A stretch of 64,000 nt of DNA from a virus (taxonomy: Duplodnaviria; Heunggongvirae; Uroviricota; Caudoviricetes). The notes under the pieces were generated by a model, which worked only from the letters and a program-made list of their open reading frames with translations, was not told where the DNA came from and did not search any database. Numbering within the stretch: the first letter of the stretch is position 1; each line of letters opens with the position of its first letter. The translations under genes and the position numbers were made by a program. The DNA is taken from positions 54,418-118,417 of IMG/VR virus record IMGVR_UViG_3300009784_000001. One strand, 5' to 3'. This document shows, in pieces, positions 37,083 through 47,009 of the stretch.

Positions 37083-37339
37083 ACTCTATCATAAAAAAAG
37101 TCTTTTATTATAAAAACTATGAAAATAATTGCAGCAACAATAGTTGTTATCCACCATAAAATCATATTTTTAGGAAAAACAAAATCTGATATTACGATCA
37201 AAAAAAGTAGTATCATAACTGCTCCCCATTCTGTTAAATTATTGTTTTCCATAATTATTTTCGTGTTATAAAGCAAAATAATGAAGTGAAGAATGTTATA
37301 AACATTATCCATAATGCTGGGCAAAATATGTGACACCAT
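37058..37339 (-). CDS. membrane protein (93 aa)
   Basis: Hydrophobic. Confidence 0.35.
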   Translation of the reverse strand: MVSHILPSIMDNVYNILHFIILLYNTKIIMENNNLTEWGAVMILLFLIVISDFVFPKNMILWWITTIVAAIIFIVFIIKDFFYDRVWKKNLKI

Positions 37340-37430
37340 TTATAAGCTACTGCAAACATACATATAAATATAGAAATTAAACATATTATTGTACTAGGAA
37401 CATATACCCAAAACCAGTCAAATTTTTTCA

Positions 37431-37616
37431 TTATTTTTCTATCATTTGAAAATATTTATATTCTCCAACGCCAGGGAATCCTCCCAATGTTTCACATATT
37501 GCATTATCACAAAGATAATATAATGAGCAAGATATACACATTCTATCTTTTTCTTCAGAAGGAATAGGAAGTAGTTTATGTGTTATATTATTTATAGTTA
37601 TTTCAACATCTTTCAT
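37431..37616 (-). CDS. small Cys-rich protein (61 aa)
   Basis: Track ORF. Confidence 0.35.
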   Translation of the reverse strand: MKDVEITINNITHKLLPIPSEEKDRMCISCSLYYLCDNAICETLGGFPGVGEYKYFQMIEK

Positions 37617-37945
37617 ATTTTACCAAATAAAAACATTTTATCCATACTGAATGTATTCTTATCATCAGGAACAAGAGGTACAATAGGAACTCTGATTTTA
37701 TTGAAATAATTTTTCATTTCTTCATCTGTCATATATTCTCCATTATCCTTTATAATTCCACATTTTGGATTATCATAATTAAGCATCATAACACATTCAT
37801 TAATACCATTTTCATGATAATGATAAGTAATAAAATCAACATCATGGTTTGCCCATTTTCCTGTATCTGTATTATATGATTCAACAAACACAGGAATATT
37901 TTGTGGCATTTTCTTTAACTTATTGATTAGTTCCTTTGTGGTCAT
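37613..37945 (-). CDS. hypothetical protein (110 aa)
   Basis: Track ORF. Confidence 0.45.
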   Translation of the reverse strand: MTTKELINKLKKMPQNIPVFVESYNTDTGKWANHDVDFITYHYHENGINECVMMLNYDNPKCGIIKDNGEYMTDEEMKNYFNKIRVPIVPLVPDDKNTFSMDKMFLFGKI

Positions 37946-38274
37946 TCTCCAGTTACTTCAATTTTTTGATAATATTTTGCATTAACTTCTTTATTTAATA
38001 CATCTTTATTTTTAACATCAACAATAGGAGTACTATTTTCTATAATAATAGGAACAGAAACATAATTTTTATTATTATTTTTCCAATCATCAATTTGTTT
38101 AATTTCTTGTCTTAACCATTTTTCAATATCAGTATCTTCTACAAAAAATATATCTCCTTGAACATATTTCAAGATATAGTTATCTAATAATTGAAGAAAT
38201 CTTTGATCTGGATAATATTTCCAAAGTACTTTAATCAAATCTAATATTTTTTCTATTCTTCCTGGATTTCTCAT
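37942..38274 (-). CDS. hypothetical protein (110 aa)
   Basis: Track ORF. Confidence 0.45.
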   Translation of the reverse strand: MRNPGRIEKILDLIKVLWKYYPDQRFLQLLDNYILKYVQGDIFFVEDTDIEKWLRQEIKQIDDWKNNNKNYVSVPIIIENSTPIVDVKNKDVLNKEVNAKYYQKIEVTGE

Positions 38275-38359
38275 TTTAATAATTTTTTTCTATTATTCCA
38301 AAGAAACAACAAAAAAAGTATAAATAAAATTGTCAATATAGTATATGCAATCATTTTAA

Positions 38360-38569
38360 TTATAAATTATTAAATTCTTTTTGTGTTTCTATTAATTCAG
38401 TCTCTAATTTCACTTTTAATTTAGCTTTTATATCAAGAGGCATACAATAATCATAATTTAATCCTGCTATCTTATATATAACTTTTTCATTGAATAGATT
38501 TAACTGTTCTTTCAAACAACGAATATTTCCAGCTAATTCATGAGCTTTATTTAATTTTTCTTCTGTCAC
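38360..38569 (-). CDS. hypothetical coiled-coil protein (69 aa)
   Basis: Track ORF. Confidence 0.4.
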   Translation of the reverse strand: MTEEKLNKAHELAGNIRCLKEQLNLFNEKVIYKIAGLNYDYCMPLDIKAKLKVKLETELIETQKEFNNL

Positions 38570-38571
38570 TT

Positions 38572-39534
38572 TTACTTGTTTAATGGAATTAAATTCAACA
38601 TATATTTTTTTCCTTCTTCACTGTTCATCAGTGGAGCATCATCAATAATCCATTTATTTCTAATAATATCTTCTTTTTGATAATCAAAAAATGTTTCTAT
38701 CAATGGTGTCTTAATAACTGTAGAATATGGTAATAACACTGAATACTGATTATTTATAGTTTGAAAATCTGTATGAATTTCTTTGCCATTAACAAATTTC
38801 TTTTTTGTAATTAATCTACCTCTTTTTTGACCAATAGGATAATCATTCCAATTGATATTTTTCTCTTGAAATAGTAATTCTTGCATTTGATCAGTATTTT
38901 TCTTATGTAATTCTTTTGGTGAAAAATAAGTTTGAGCAGCCATTGAAATGCTATTTCTTACACAATCTAACTGGCGAAATAAGAACCAGGAAAAAGCATC
39001 ATTTTGTGTGGGTACAACAAATGCCCTACAATCAAACTCAGCTAACTTGAAATCTCTGATTTGATCATAAATTGTTAAATCCTTATCAACTTCAACACCA
39101 TCTATTGTTTGTTTATATTGTTCTCCAAACTCATCACAAAATCCTTCACATTTTTGATTTTCCAATTTTCTAACCATTCTTAATTGATTGAATTTGGAAG
39201 CTGCCATTGAAGCTGCAAGAGAGTTAATCTTACATAATCTGTAATCAAACCATGCTTGTTTTTCTCTTGTATCATAATCACAAACAAAAATACTTATTTC
39301 ATCAGATTGAACAAATGCAAATAATGCTCCTGAAATATTGGAACATAGATATTTTGCAGTTTCATTCATATCTTCGATGAAACCTGTATCAAATGGTTTT
39401 TCAAGTTTATTCTTAAATTGATGGGAAAAGGAACGACCATCTAACACCATAATAACATATGATTTTACTGGTAGTTTATAATCACATAAACCTCTATAGT
39501 ATAACATTCTATCTTCTAATTTATTCCATTTCAT
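38572..39534 (-). CDS. Thg1-like protein (tRNA-His guanylyltransferase / 3'-5' nucleotidyltransferase family)
   Basis: LPVKSYVIMVLDGRSFSHQF...EKPFD...SDEISIFV aligns with yeast Thg1 LPQCYIVVRIDGKKFHEF...AKPNDE...ESDEYSFIL. There is a C-terminal extension of about 80 aa. Confidence 0.8.
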   Translation of the reverse strand: MKWNKLEDRMLYYRGLCDYKLPVKSYVIMVLDGRSFSHQFKNKLEKPFDTGFIEDMNETAKYLCSNISGALFAFVQSDEISIFVCDYDTREKQAWFDYRLCKINSLAASMAASKFNQLRMVRKLENQKCEGFCDEFGEQYKQTIDGVEVDKDLTIYDQIRDFKLAEFDCRAFVVPTQNDAFSWFLFRQLDCVRNSISMAAQTYFSPKELHKKNTDQMQELLFQEKNINWNDYPIGQKRGRLITKKKFVNGKEIHTDFQTINNQYSVLLPYSTVIKTPLIETFFDYQKEDIIRNKWIIDDAPLMNSEEGKKYMLNLIPLNK

Positions 39535-40474
39535 ATTTTGTCCAACCTCTATACTTTTTAATCTTATTATTTTTTAATTTTAACAAATAATCATATCCCA
39601 AATCATTTTCCTTTGCAAAGCCCTTCAAATCCAAAATGTGATGAATTTTTTCATCAGGAGATTTTAAATCACATTCACCTCTATTTTTTTTTACATATAT
39701 ACCATTCTTTTTACAATAGTACAAAACTAATCCACTATCCAAATTTAATTTTAAACCTATATTATTTACATTTTCACCATCCTTGTGCATTTCTAATATA
39801 GTTGGGATTAAATATTTATGATCTTTGAAACCATTTTTTTCAATATTTTTATTTTTATATGGATATACAACCCATTTATGCTTATAATCTTCAAAAGGAC
39901 ATTTGCCAATATCTTTTAAAAATTTTTCAACATTTCTTCTTGGAATATTAATAATAGGTTTTTTTTCATTAAATCCTATTTTTGCTTCATATTCTTTTAA
40001 TTGTTTAATTAATATGTTTTCTATCTCTTCACAACAAAAAGAATTTGTTGATAATTTTATATTATTTGTTACACATTCATTTTCTCTATTATCTATTGAA
40101 CCATCTCCTAGATACCATATCAAATTACATAATTTATCAAGTTTTAAATCTAAGGGAACCATTTTTTTATCATTAGGATACCATTTTTCTTTCAATTCAT
40201 ACCAGAATAAATTTGATTTTGCTGATAATCTAAATTCTTTATAAATTTTATTTGTTCTTTTATCATAATATTCATAACTTTGAGGATGATTATCACACCA
40301 TACATATTCTGGTAATAATTTTTTGATAAACATTATAAATTCTAAAGAAGAACTGTTTAAGAAAAAATTAAAACTTTTTTTATTAATTCCTCCATCACTT
40401 AATAATAAACCATTTATAACTGACATTTCTTTTTCATTAAAAGAAAATTTTTCATATTTCCATTTTTTATTCAT
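39521..40474 (-). CDS. LAGLIDADG homing endonuclease (double-motif, free-standing)
   Basis: Motif 1 INGLLLSDGGI and motif 2 LIWYLGDGSI sit about 100 aa apart. The ORF overlaps the Thg1-like start by 14 nt. Confidence 0.7.
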   Translation of the reverse strand: MNKKWKYEKFSFNEKEMSVINGLLLSDGGINKKSFNFFLNSSSLEFIMFIKKLLPEYVWCDNHPQSYEYYDKRTNKIYKEFRLSAKSNLFWYELKEKWYPNDKKMVPLDLKLDKLCNLIWYLGDGSIDNRENECVTNNIKLSTNSFCCEEIENILIKQLKEYEAKIGFNEKKPIINIPRRNVEKFLKDIGKCPFEDYKHKWVVYPYKNKNIEKNGFKDHKYLIPTILEMHKDGENVNNIGLKLNLDSGLVLYYCKKNGIYVKKNRGECDLKSPDEKIHHILDLKGFAKENDLGYDYLLKLKNNKIKKYRGWTKYEME

Positions 40475-40522
40475 ATTCTTTTTATTATAAATATTCTGGA
40501 AATGAGATAATTTTCTAATAAA

Positions 40523-40690
40523 TTAATCTTCATTAGTTTTTTTAGTTCTTGATAAAAATACCCAAGCTAATGCTGGAGCAAATAATATAGATGAAATTAT
40601 TAAATTAACTTCATTTTCAGGATATATTATAGCTATAAGCCAATATATAAACACCAATACAAGTGCTATAATACTTAATTTTTTATTCAT
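40523..40690 (-). CDS. small membrane protein (55 aa), not in the ORF track
   Basis: ATG at 40690 and a promoter box at about 40700-40740. Sequence MNKKLSIIALVLVFIYWLIAIIYPENEVNLIISSILFAPALAWVFLSRTKKTNED. Confidence 0.35.
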   Translation of the reverse strand: MNKKLSIIALVLVFIYWLIAIIYPENEVNLIISSILFAPALAWVFLSRTKKTNED

Positions 40691-40742
40691 TTTTCTTTAT
40701 TTTTATAAAACAAAGATACAAAACATTTTTTAATTTTCAAAA

Positions 40743-40925
40743 TTAATACAACAATAATTCTTCTTCAGTTAGTTCTTCAACATAAGTATTATTTTTTGTT
40801 GAAGTAGAAGTATTTTCCTCATCTACAAAGTCATTATGCAAAAATCTTACATTTTCTTTGAGATAAACCACTTTTCCAACTTTTCTAATAATATCTTCAT
40901 CTTTCAATTTATCAGATAATTTCAT
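40743..40925 (-). CDS. hypothetical acidic protein (60 aa)
   Basis: Track ORF. Confidence 0.35.
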   Translation of the reverse strand: MKLSDKLKDEDIIRKVGKVVYLKENVRFLHNDFVDEENTSTSTKNNTYVEELTEEELLLY

Positions 40926-40953
40926 ATAATTTATAATTTTTACATTATAAATA

Positions 40954-41166
40954 TCAGAATGGAGTGATAGGAGAATTATCAGCCTCTAATTTATTTGTTT
41001 TTGTATTAAAAACTATCCCTGTATTATGTGAAATGGCTTCATTTGGATGTTTGGAAGCATATCTTAAAGCCTTAATATTATAATAAGTTTCACCAAGTTT
41101 ACCAATCGCCCAACAAAGAAGAATTGTAACTATTATTGTTACTACTAATACTATAATAATTTTCAT
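40954..41166 (-). CDS. small membrane protein (70 aa)
   Basis: N-terminal transmembrane segment. Overlaps the ClpX-like stop. Confidence 0.4.
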   Translation of the reverse strand: MKIIIVLVVTIIVTILLCWAIGKLGETYYNIKALRYASKHPNEAISHNTGIVFNTKTNKLEADNSPITPF

Positions 41167-42266
41167 ATTATTTGATTTTTACTTATTACATATTCTTTGG
41201 TTACATTTACTTTTTTAATTCCTTTTTCTGGAATTTCAAAAGCATAATCCTGTAATATTTTTTCAAGAATATTTCTTAAACTTCTTGCCCCTGTCTTTAA
41301 GTTTATAGCTATTTTAGCTATTTCGGTAAGTGCATCTTCATCAAATGAAAGAGAACAATCATCCATTGAAAATAATTGTTTGAATTGCTTTATAATAGCG
41401 TTCTTTGGTTTAATTAAAATATTAACAAGCATTTCTTCTGTTAATGGATTTGTATTTGTCATAATTGGAAATCTACCAATTAATTCAGGAATTAAACCAA
41501 ATGATCTTAAATCATCTGGAATTGCATATTTAAGAATTTCATTTTCATTGATATTTTTCCTTTCATTAGAAACATTAAATCCTACTTTATTAACATTTAA
41601 TCGTTTTTTTATTTTTTTATCAATACCTTCAAATGCTCCCATTCCAATGAACAGCACATTTTTTGTATTAAATGAAATTGTAGGTTTATCAGGATGTTTT
41701 CTTTGACCATCTGTTTGAATTTCTACTATACTATCTTCCAATAATTTTAATAATCCTTGTTGAACTCCTTCACCAGAAACATCACGAGTGACTGATGGAT
41801 TTTCAGATTTTCTTCCTATCTTATCAATTTCATCTAAGCATATTATGGACATTTCAGCTTGTTTAAGATTACCATTTGCAGCTTTTAATGCACCAACCAA
41901 AACAGTTTCAATATCTGATCCAACATAACCACTTTCAGTTAATGTTGTGCAATCAGCAATATAACAGGGAACATTTAAGAATTTAGCAATTGTTTTTACT
42001 ATATAACTTTTTCCTGTTCCAGTTTCCCCTAAAATAATCACATTTGATTTATCAATTTCAATAGTATCATTTTCCATATCATTATTATTGATAATTCTTT
42101 TATAATGATTATAAACTGCTGTACATAGTACTCGTTTTGTTTCTTCTTGCCCAATGACATATTGATCAAGATATTCTTTTAATTGATGTGGTTTAATTGC
42201 ATTTAATATTGGGACATTATTATCAATCAAATCCTTATATATATCTATTCTATTTAAATTATTCAT
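41163..42266 (-). CDS. ClpX-like AAA+ ATPase (no N-terminal zinc-binding domain)
   Basis: YVIGQEETKRVLCTAVYNHYKRI, the Walker A motif GETGTGKS, TLTESGYVGSD, an IGF-like VGF loop and the sensor LIGRFP all parallel E. coli ClpX. Confidence 0.8.
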   Translation of the reverse strand: MNNLNRIDIYKDLIDNNVPILNAIKPHQLKEYLDQYVIGQEETKRVLCTAVYNHYKRIINNNDMENDTIEIDKSNVIILGETGTGKSYIVKTIAKFLNVPCYIADCTTLTESGYVGSDIETVLVGALKAANGNLKQAEMSIICLDEIDKIGRKSENPSVTRDVSGEGVQQGLLKLLEDSIVEIQTDGQRKHPDKPTISFNTKNVLFIGMGAFEGIDKKIKKRLNVNKVGFNVSNERKNINENEILKYAIPDDLRSFGLIPELIGRFPIMTNTNPLTEEMLVNILIKPKNAIIKQFKQLFSMDDCSLSFDEDALTEIAKIAINLKTGARSLRNILEKILQDYAFEIPEKGIKKVNVTKEYVISKNQII

Positions 42267-42463
42267 ATTGTAGTCATTATTAATAAATTATTAATAAAAA
42301 TAAACAAAAATATTATAAATAACAATATCATAGCTATATTAAATAATTTATTTCTTAATTTTTCATTTTTTATAAAAAAAGAAATAGCATAAAGTAAAGT
42401 ACTTAATATTGTTGAAATTAATGTTATTAATAATATTTTATCCATATATGTTATATTATTCAA
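42263..42463 (-). CDS. small membrane protein (66 aa)
   Basis: Hydrophobic. Confidence 0.35.
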   Translation of the reverse strand: MNNITYMDKILLITLISTILSTLLYAISFFIKNEKLRNKLFNIAMILLFIIFLFIFINNLLIMTTI

Positions 42464-43217
42464 ATTGATATTTCATTCCGCCACCGAAACAGTGTGTGGT
42501 TTTATCACAAGCAATAATCTTATTTTTATGAAAAACATATCCTCTTGCACAAACATTTATAACTTCTGCACTTCCTATCAGCCCATCTTTATCAATATAT
42601 TTTTGGATATTGCATCTATTTGACCAGGAGGGAGAACCATCTTCATTGAAGAAACCATATAAATCTCTTCTATCTTCTCCACCACAATCAAATTGATATT
42701 TAATTTCTTCAAATAGATTTGAAAATAAACTGATAGCAATTCTTTTATCATCTTCTGTATTATCAAATGGGACTTGACCAAGAATATGATATAAACATCC
42801 CAATGTTTTTAATTTATCCAATGCTGACATTGTATTTCCAAACAATATATAATCAACATTATTTTGTGTAAGATTTTTTATGATTTTACTTCCTAAAGAA
42901 AAGGGGGGATTATCAAATACCAATGTTTTATTTGATGTAACTTTATTATAAAATTCTTTATCTTTTTTCCATTGAAAGAAATCATTCAGGTCTAATTCTT
43001 TATTATAACAACTATGAGGAGTAAGAAGAATTTTATCTTTTCCATATTTACCTGCTATTGATTGATAAATGGGAGTTTCATAAATTACATTAAATGGTAG
43101 CCATATATAATCATATTGAGAAAATATATATTCATATCTATCTCTGAGTTTATCACAAGTTATTTTTCTTGTGTAAATTTCATCTCCACTTCTATTTTTT
43201 ATTGAAGGTTTTTGCAT
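42456..43217 (-). CDS. putative adenine-specific methyltransferase (NPPF motif)
   Basis: VFDNPPFSLG resembles a motif IV NPPF/Y. No clear motif I was found, so the call is tentative. Confidence 0.4.
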   Translation of the reverse strand: MQKPSIKNRSGDEIYTRKITCDKLRDRYEYIFSQYDYIWLPFNVIYETPIYQSIAGKYGKDKILLTPHSCYNKELDLNDFFQWKKDKEFYNKVTSNKTLVFDNPPFSLGSKIIKNLTQNNVDYILFGNTMSALDKLKTLGCLYHILGQVPFDNTEDDKRIAISLFSNLFEEIKYQFDCGGEDRRDLYGFFNEDGSPSWSNRCNIQKYIDKDGLIGSAEVINVCARGYVFHKNKIIACDKTTHCFGGGMKYQFE

Positions 43218-43220
43218 ATT

Positions 43221-44210
43221 TTAATAAATTATATATTTTTTATCTGATAACAATCCTGGATTAATATTAATTACGCTTTCATTTTTATTTTCTCTTTTTT
43301 CATCATAGTAATATCCAGCAGTTTTACCTATTCTATGAATATAATCATTAACTAATTTATGCCCCATTCTTAAATAAGTTTCTCTAAAAGTATTTAAATC
43401 TGTTATTTCATTAAAAGGCTTTGTTAAATAGGGAATAAATTTTTGCCACTTTCCAATTTCTAATTTAGATAATTCTCCTAAAGAAGAAAGGGCTTGTTCA
43501 TATTTTTTATAAGCAGTTGTTTCTTTTATATCTTTATTAAAGTTTTGCTGTTGCGAATTCATACCTCTTAATTGTCCATAAACAGAAGCTACATGAGCAT
43601 TTTTTTCACTTCTAATGAATAACAAATAACTTACAAAACAAAAGTGAACAATATCCATATCATTGGAATTTATACCTTGATTGATTGCTGCTGTATTAAA
43701 TTCTTTATGACTTTGAAAAAATGTTGAAACTTGTTTATTATTAGATGGATCTGAATTTTTCTTTAAACGAATATATGTTTCATATAAATGTGTTAATTCA
43801 TGATATAGGACTGAATAAAATTGTTCTTTAATTAATCCTCCATTGTAAGAAGTTGTATTTACATTTATTATTCCTGCATTTAATTTACCATTATTATCAA
43901 TTATCTGTTTATTACCACTTAGATGATCACCCGTTCCAACCATTCCTGGTTTAGTATTAATAAAATCATAAACTTTTACTGTTAATTGTAAAGTTTCTAT
44001 AAATTGAATTCCTTTTAATAAATCAAAAGGAATGAGTATTTCGTAAAAATTACCTACTGTTTTATTACCATCACCAAATTGCTTTGGCACTTGCCTTTTC
44101 ATTTGATTTTGTACATAAGTAAAAAGAGTAGATATTAAATTATTATATTTCAATATTTCATTTGGTATTCCTCTATTTTCAACTAATTTTATTACACTTT
44201 CTTTTGACAT
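43221..44210 (-). CDS. hypothetical protein with an HExxH motif (possible metallopeptidase)
   Basis: LYHELTHLYE. Confidence 0.4.
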   Translation of the reverse strand: MSKESVIKLVENRGIPNEILKYNNLISTLFTYVQNQMKRQVPKQFGDGNKTVGNFYEILIPFDLLKGIQFIETLQLTVKVYDFINTKPGMVGTGDHLSGNKQIIDNNGKLNAGIINVNTTSYNGGLIKEQFYSVLYHELTHLYETYIRLKKNSDPSNNKQVSTFFQSHKEFNTAAINQGINSNDMDIVHFCFVSYLLFIRSEKNAHVASVYGQLRGMNSQQQNFNKDIKETTAYKKYEQALSSLGELSKLEIGKWQKFIPYLTKPFNEITDLNTFRETYLRMGHKLVNDYIHRIGKTAGYYYDEKRENKNESVININPGLLSDKKYIIY

Positions 44211-44224
44211 ACTTTATTTTTGTA

Positions 44225-44659
44225 TTATAATAATTTTAATTCTTTTGTAAACTCATCAATATCTTCATTCCACCAGGGCCCTATACCAACACAAGTTTTG
44301 GTTTTAATTCCATGAAATTCTGTTAATCCAGCATCTTCAATCATAACACAAGGTATTTCAGGTTTTTCAGAAGTTATTTTATTATATAGATTTACTAATT
44401 CTTCTTCTGATTCTACATATAAACATATTTTAGTAAATATACCATTTAACCATTTATCTAATACTCCATCTTTTTCAAATCTTGTTTCGTAGCAAGTCAT
44501 TACAGGAGCTTTGGTAAAATTAGGGGTATAATCATATTTATTAAATAACTGTAATAAGGCTCCTAAACTCGCATGAGAACCTTGGGCAATTAATTTGCCT
44601 TTCCTCATATTGAGGTCTTTTCTAACTACTATAACTTGTTTAACATTTTCCATATTCAT
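44225..44659 (-). CDS. peptidyl-tRNA hydrolase, PTH2 family
   Basis: VVRKDLNMRKGKLIAQGSHASLGA compares with archaeal and eukaryotic PTH2 VVRTDLKMGKGKIAAQCSHA. Confidence 0.8.
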   Translation of the reverse strand: MNMENVKQVIVVRKDLNMRKGKLIAQGSHASLGALLQLFNKYDYTPNFTKAPVMTCYETRFEKDGVLDKWLNGIFTKICLYVESEEELVNLYNKITSEKPEIPCVMIEDAGLTEFHGIKTKTCVGIGPWWNEDIDEFTKELKLL

Positions 44660-44816
44660 TTAATTTATTGATTTATAAGATGAACATCTATCAACACGAT
44701 AAAAAAAAAGTCTTTCTATGCCATGAATTCTACAATATTTACAGTTTTCTTTATTTACATATACGCCAAAATTTATATATTCGCCTGCAAACATACAATC
44801 TAAACATAATATTTTT

Positions 44817-45569
44817 TTATTCTCTTTTGTATTCATTTATTCTTTTTTCTGCAATACAAAAATAATCATAATCCATTTCAATTCCAATAAAATCTCTATT
44901 TAATTCTTTACAAGCTACCCCTGTCGTCCCTGAACCCATACAAAAATCCAAAACAGTATCCCCTTCATTAGTGAACAAAGATACAATTCTTTCCATTAAT
45001 TTCAAAGGTTTTTGTGTTGGATGAGCAACTTTTTCTTTTGAATTATGTGGTAAAGCAGGAATATCCATCCAAACATCGGATAAAGTAATCCCCTCTTTCA
45101 AAATACCTTCGGTATATTCTTTTCTGTCTGTTTCGGGTTTTATTTTTATATTATTAAAAACAGGATTATCTCCTCTTGAATAATAACAAATTGGTTCATA
45201 TCCAGAAGCTAATGCTTTTCCTCTTGTATTATTAAATCCTCTTTTTCTTGCCCATATAATAATACGTTTTTCATCAAAATACTCATCCAGTCTTTTACAT
45301 ATATATTTATTATATTGTCTTGAAGTAAATAAAATAATATTTGCATTATCTTTTAACAATTGAGGAAAACATCTAATAATTAGAGTTATCCAATCAAGAT
45401 AAGATTCCAAATTTGCCCATTGGTTATCCCATTTATTTTTTATTACTTCAAAATATGGTAAATCTGCAATAATACAATCAATAGAATTTGGTATTATTAA
45501 TTTTCCATCAAATTTATCATTTATAAGAACATCAAAAATATCTTCATTATATAATTCAATTTTACTCAT
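44817..45569 (-). CDS. DNA methyltransferase, beta-class (N4-cytosine or N6-adenine)
   Basis: N-terminal DLPYFE (a DPPY-like motif IV) and C-terminal motif I VLDFCMGSGTTGVACKELNRDFIGIE. Confidence 0.75.
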   Translation of the reverse strand: MSKIELYNEDIFDVLINDKFDGKLIIPNSIDCIIADLPYFEVIKNKWDNQWANLESYLDWITLIIRCFPQLLKDNANIILFTSRQYNKYICKRLDEYFDEKRIIIWARKRGFNNTRGKALASGYEPICYYSRGDNPVFNNIKIKPETDRKEYTEGILKEGITLSDVWMDIPALPHNSKEKVAHPTQKPLKLMERIVSLFTNEGDTVLDFCMGSGTTGVACKELNRDFIGIEMDYDYFCIAEKRINEYKRE

Positions 45570-45954
45570 TTCTTATCAAACATTTATTTAAATTAAGTTT
45601 TGGCTTAATATTAGTATTATAATAATCTATCATTTCTTCATCAGATAAAAAGTATATTTCTTTTGCATCTTTCCCATCAGAAAAATATAAATAAATTACT
45701 GGTTTTTCATATATTTTTGTTTTATCTTCTGGATCAATCATATATTTTCCATGAGAATAAGTGTTAATTTTTTCAGGCTCAACATGTGCAAATCCTAATT
45801 CCCATTTATCATTAAAATAAGAATTACTCCATCTCTTTTTTTTAAAGAAAATACCAGTTATTATGAGTTCTTTTTCAACATATTCAAATCTATCTACATA
45901 TTCTCTTTTAAAAAGAAAAATCCTTGTTACTTGTTCTAAATTATATATTTTCAT
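45562..45954 (-). CDS. hypothetical protein (130 aa)
   Basis: Track ORF. Confidence 0.45.
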   Translation of the reverse strand: MKIYNLEQVTRIFLFKREYVDRFEYVEKELIITGIFFKKKRWSNSYFNDKWELGFAHVEPEKINTYSHGKYMIDPEDKTKIYEKPVIYLYFSDGKDAKEIYFLSDEEMIDYYNTNIKPKLNLNKCLIRNE

Positions 45955-46016
45955 GTTTATTCTACTTTAATATTACATAATTACCACATAAAGGTAACTA
46001 AACATTTTTTAGGTAA

Positions 46017-46346
46017 TTATTTTATCAATTTACATAAATCCACAACTAATTCTTCTTCATAACCAAAATATCCACTTTCATCTCGTTTCATCATAGATAT
46101 TGCAATGTGAATCATCTCATGTTTTATATAATCATTCAAATTACATAACTCCCCTCTAACCACCATATTATACTTTCCAATATATGCTATTTTTAGTTCT
46201 GGATATATTAAACATTCTGATTCCAATCCATCTTCTTTATATTGTATATCCCAATCTTTTAATATTGTATATTTGGATTGCCAGTATTCTATTAAATCAC
46301 CAATTTCATTCATCATCTTCATTATTATAAAAATGTTCTTCAGCAT
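46017..46346 (-). CDS. hypothetical protein (109 aa)
   Basis: Track ORF. Confidence 0.4.
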   Translation of the reverse strand: MLKNIFIIMKMMNEIGDLIEYWQSKYTILKDWDIQYKEDGLESECLIYPELKIAYIGKYNMVVRGELCNLNDYIKHEMIHIAISMMKRDESGYFGYEEELVVDLCKLIK

Positions 46347-46480
46347 AATTTTTTAAAAAATCTTCTCCTTTATTCAAAGTTTCTAATTCAATTAATGCTG
46401 ATAATAGATTCTTATCTCCTTTTGATTCTTTATATAACTCTGCCCCTCTATAAAGAATATTTCTAAAAGCATTCATATAT

Positions 46481-46915
46481 TTAATTAATTTTATATTGTA
46501 AAATAAGTGTCACAAAGATACCATTTTTTCCTTTATTATCAAAATCTTTCCAATATCCAATAGATATTTCAAACATGCTTTTTTCGTTAAAAGAGAAATC
46601 TTTTCCCCAATAAACAGTAGAAGTTTTAATAAAATCATAATCAATTCCAATAAAAGAATTGTTTTTATACCAATTTTTATCTATTTCTATTTTACTTACA
46701 TTATCACTTCTTATCATATATTGAAACGTAAATGTTTTATAATTAATAGCAGAAGCTAAAAAAGCATATTTGGATAATGTATTATTATTTAAATTTTTAT
46801 ATTCCAAATTATAATCTGTTCCAACTCCAATAAAGAAATCAGCTTTCATTTTATCTTGAGCATGAATTATTTCAAAACATAAAGATAATAATATAAGTAA
46901 TATACTTCTTTTCAT
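46481..46915 (-). CDS. secreted protein (144 aa)
   Basis: Signal peptide MKRSILLILLSLCFEIIHAQ. A promoter box (gatacaaagata) lies at 46929-46940. Confidence 0.45.
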   Translation of the reverse strand: MKRSILLILLSLCFEIIHAQDKMKADFFIGVGTDYNLEYKNLNNNTLSKYAFLASAINYKTFTFQYMIRSDNVSKIEIDKNWYKNNSFIGIDYDFIKTSTVYWGKDFSFNEKSMFEISIGYWKDFDNKGKNGIFVTLILQYKIN

Positions 46916-47009
46916 TTAATTTTATTAAAAATGATACAAAGATATGAAAAAAAAATGAATATACAAAATTTTTTATTTTACTATATATTTATGAGTAAAT
47001 ATTATTATA

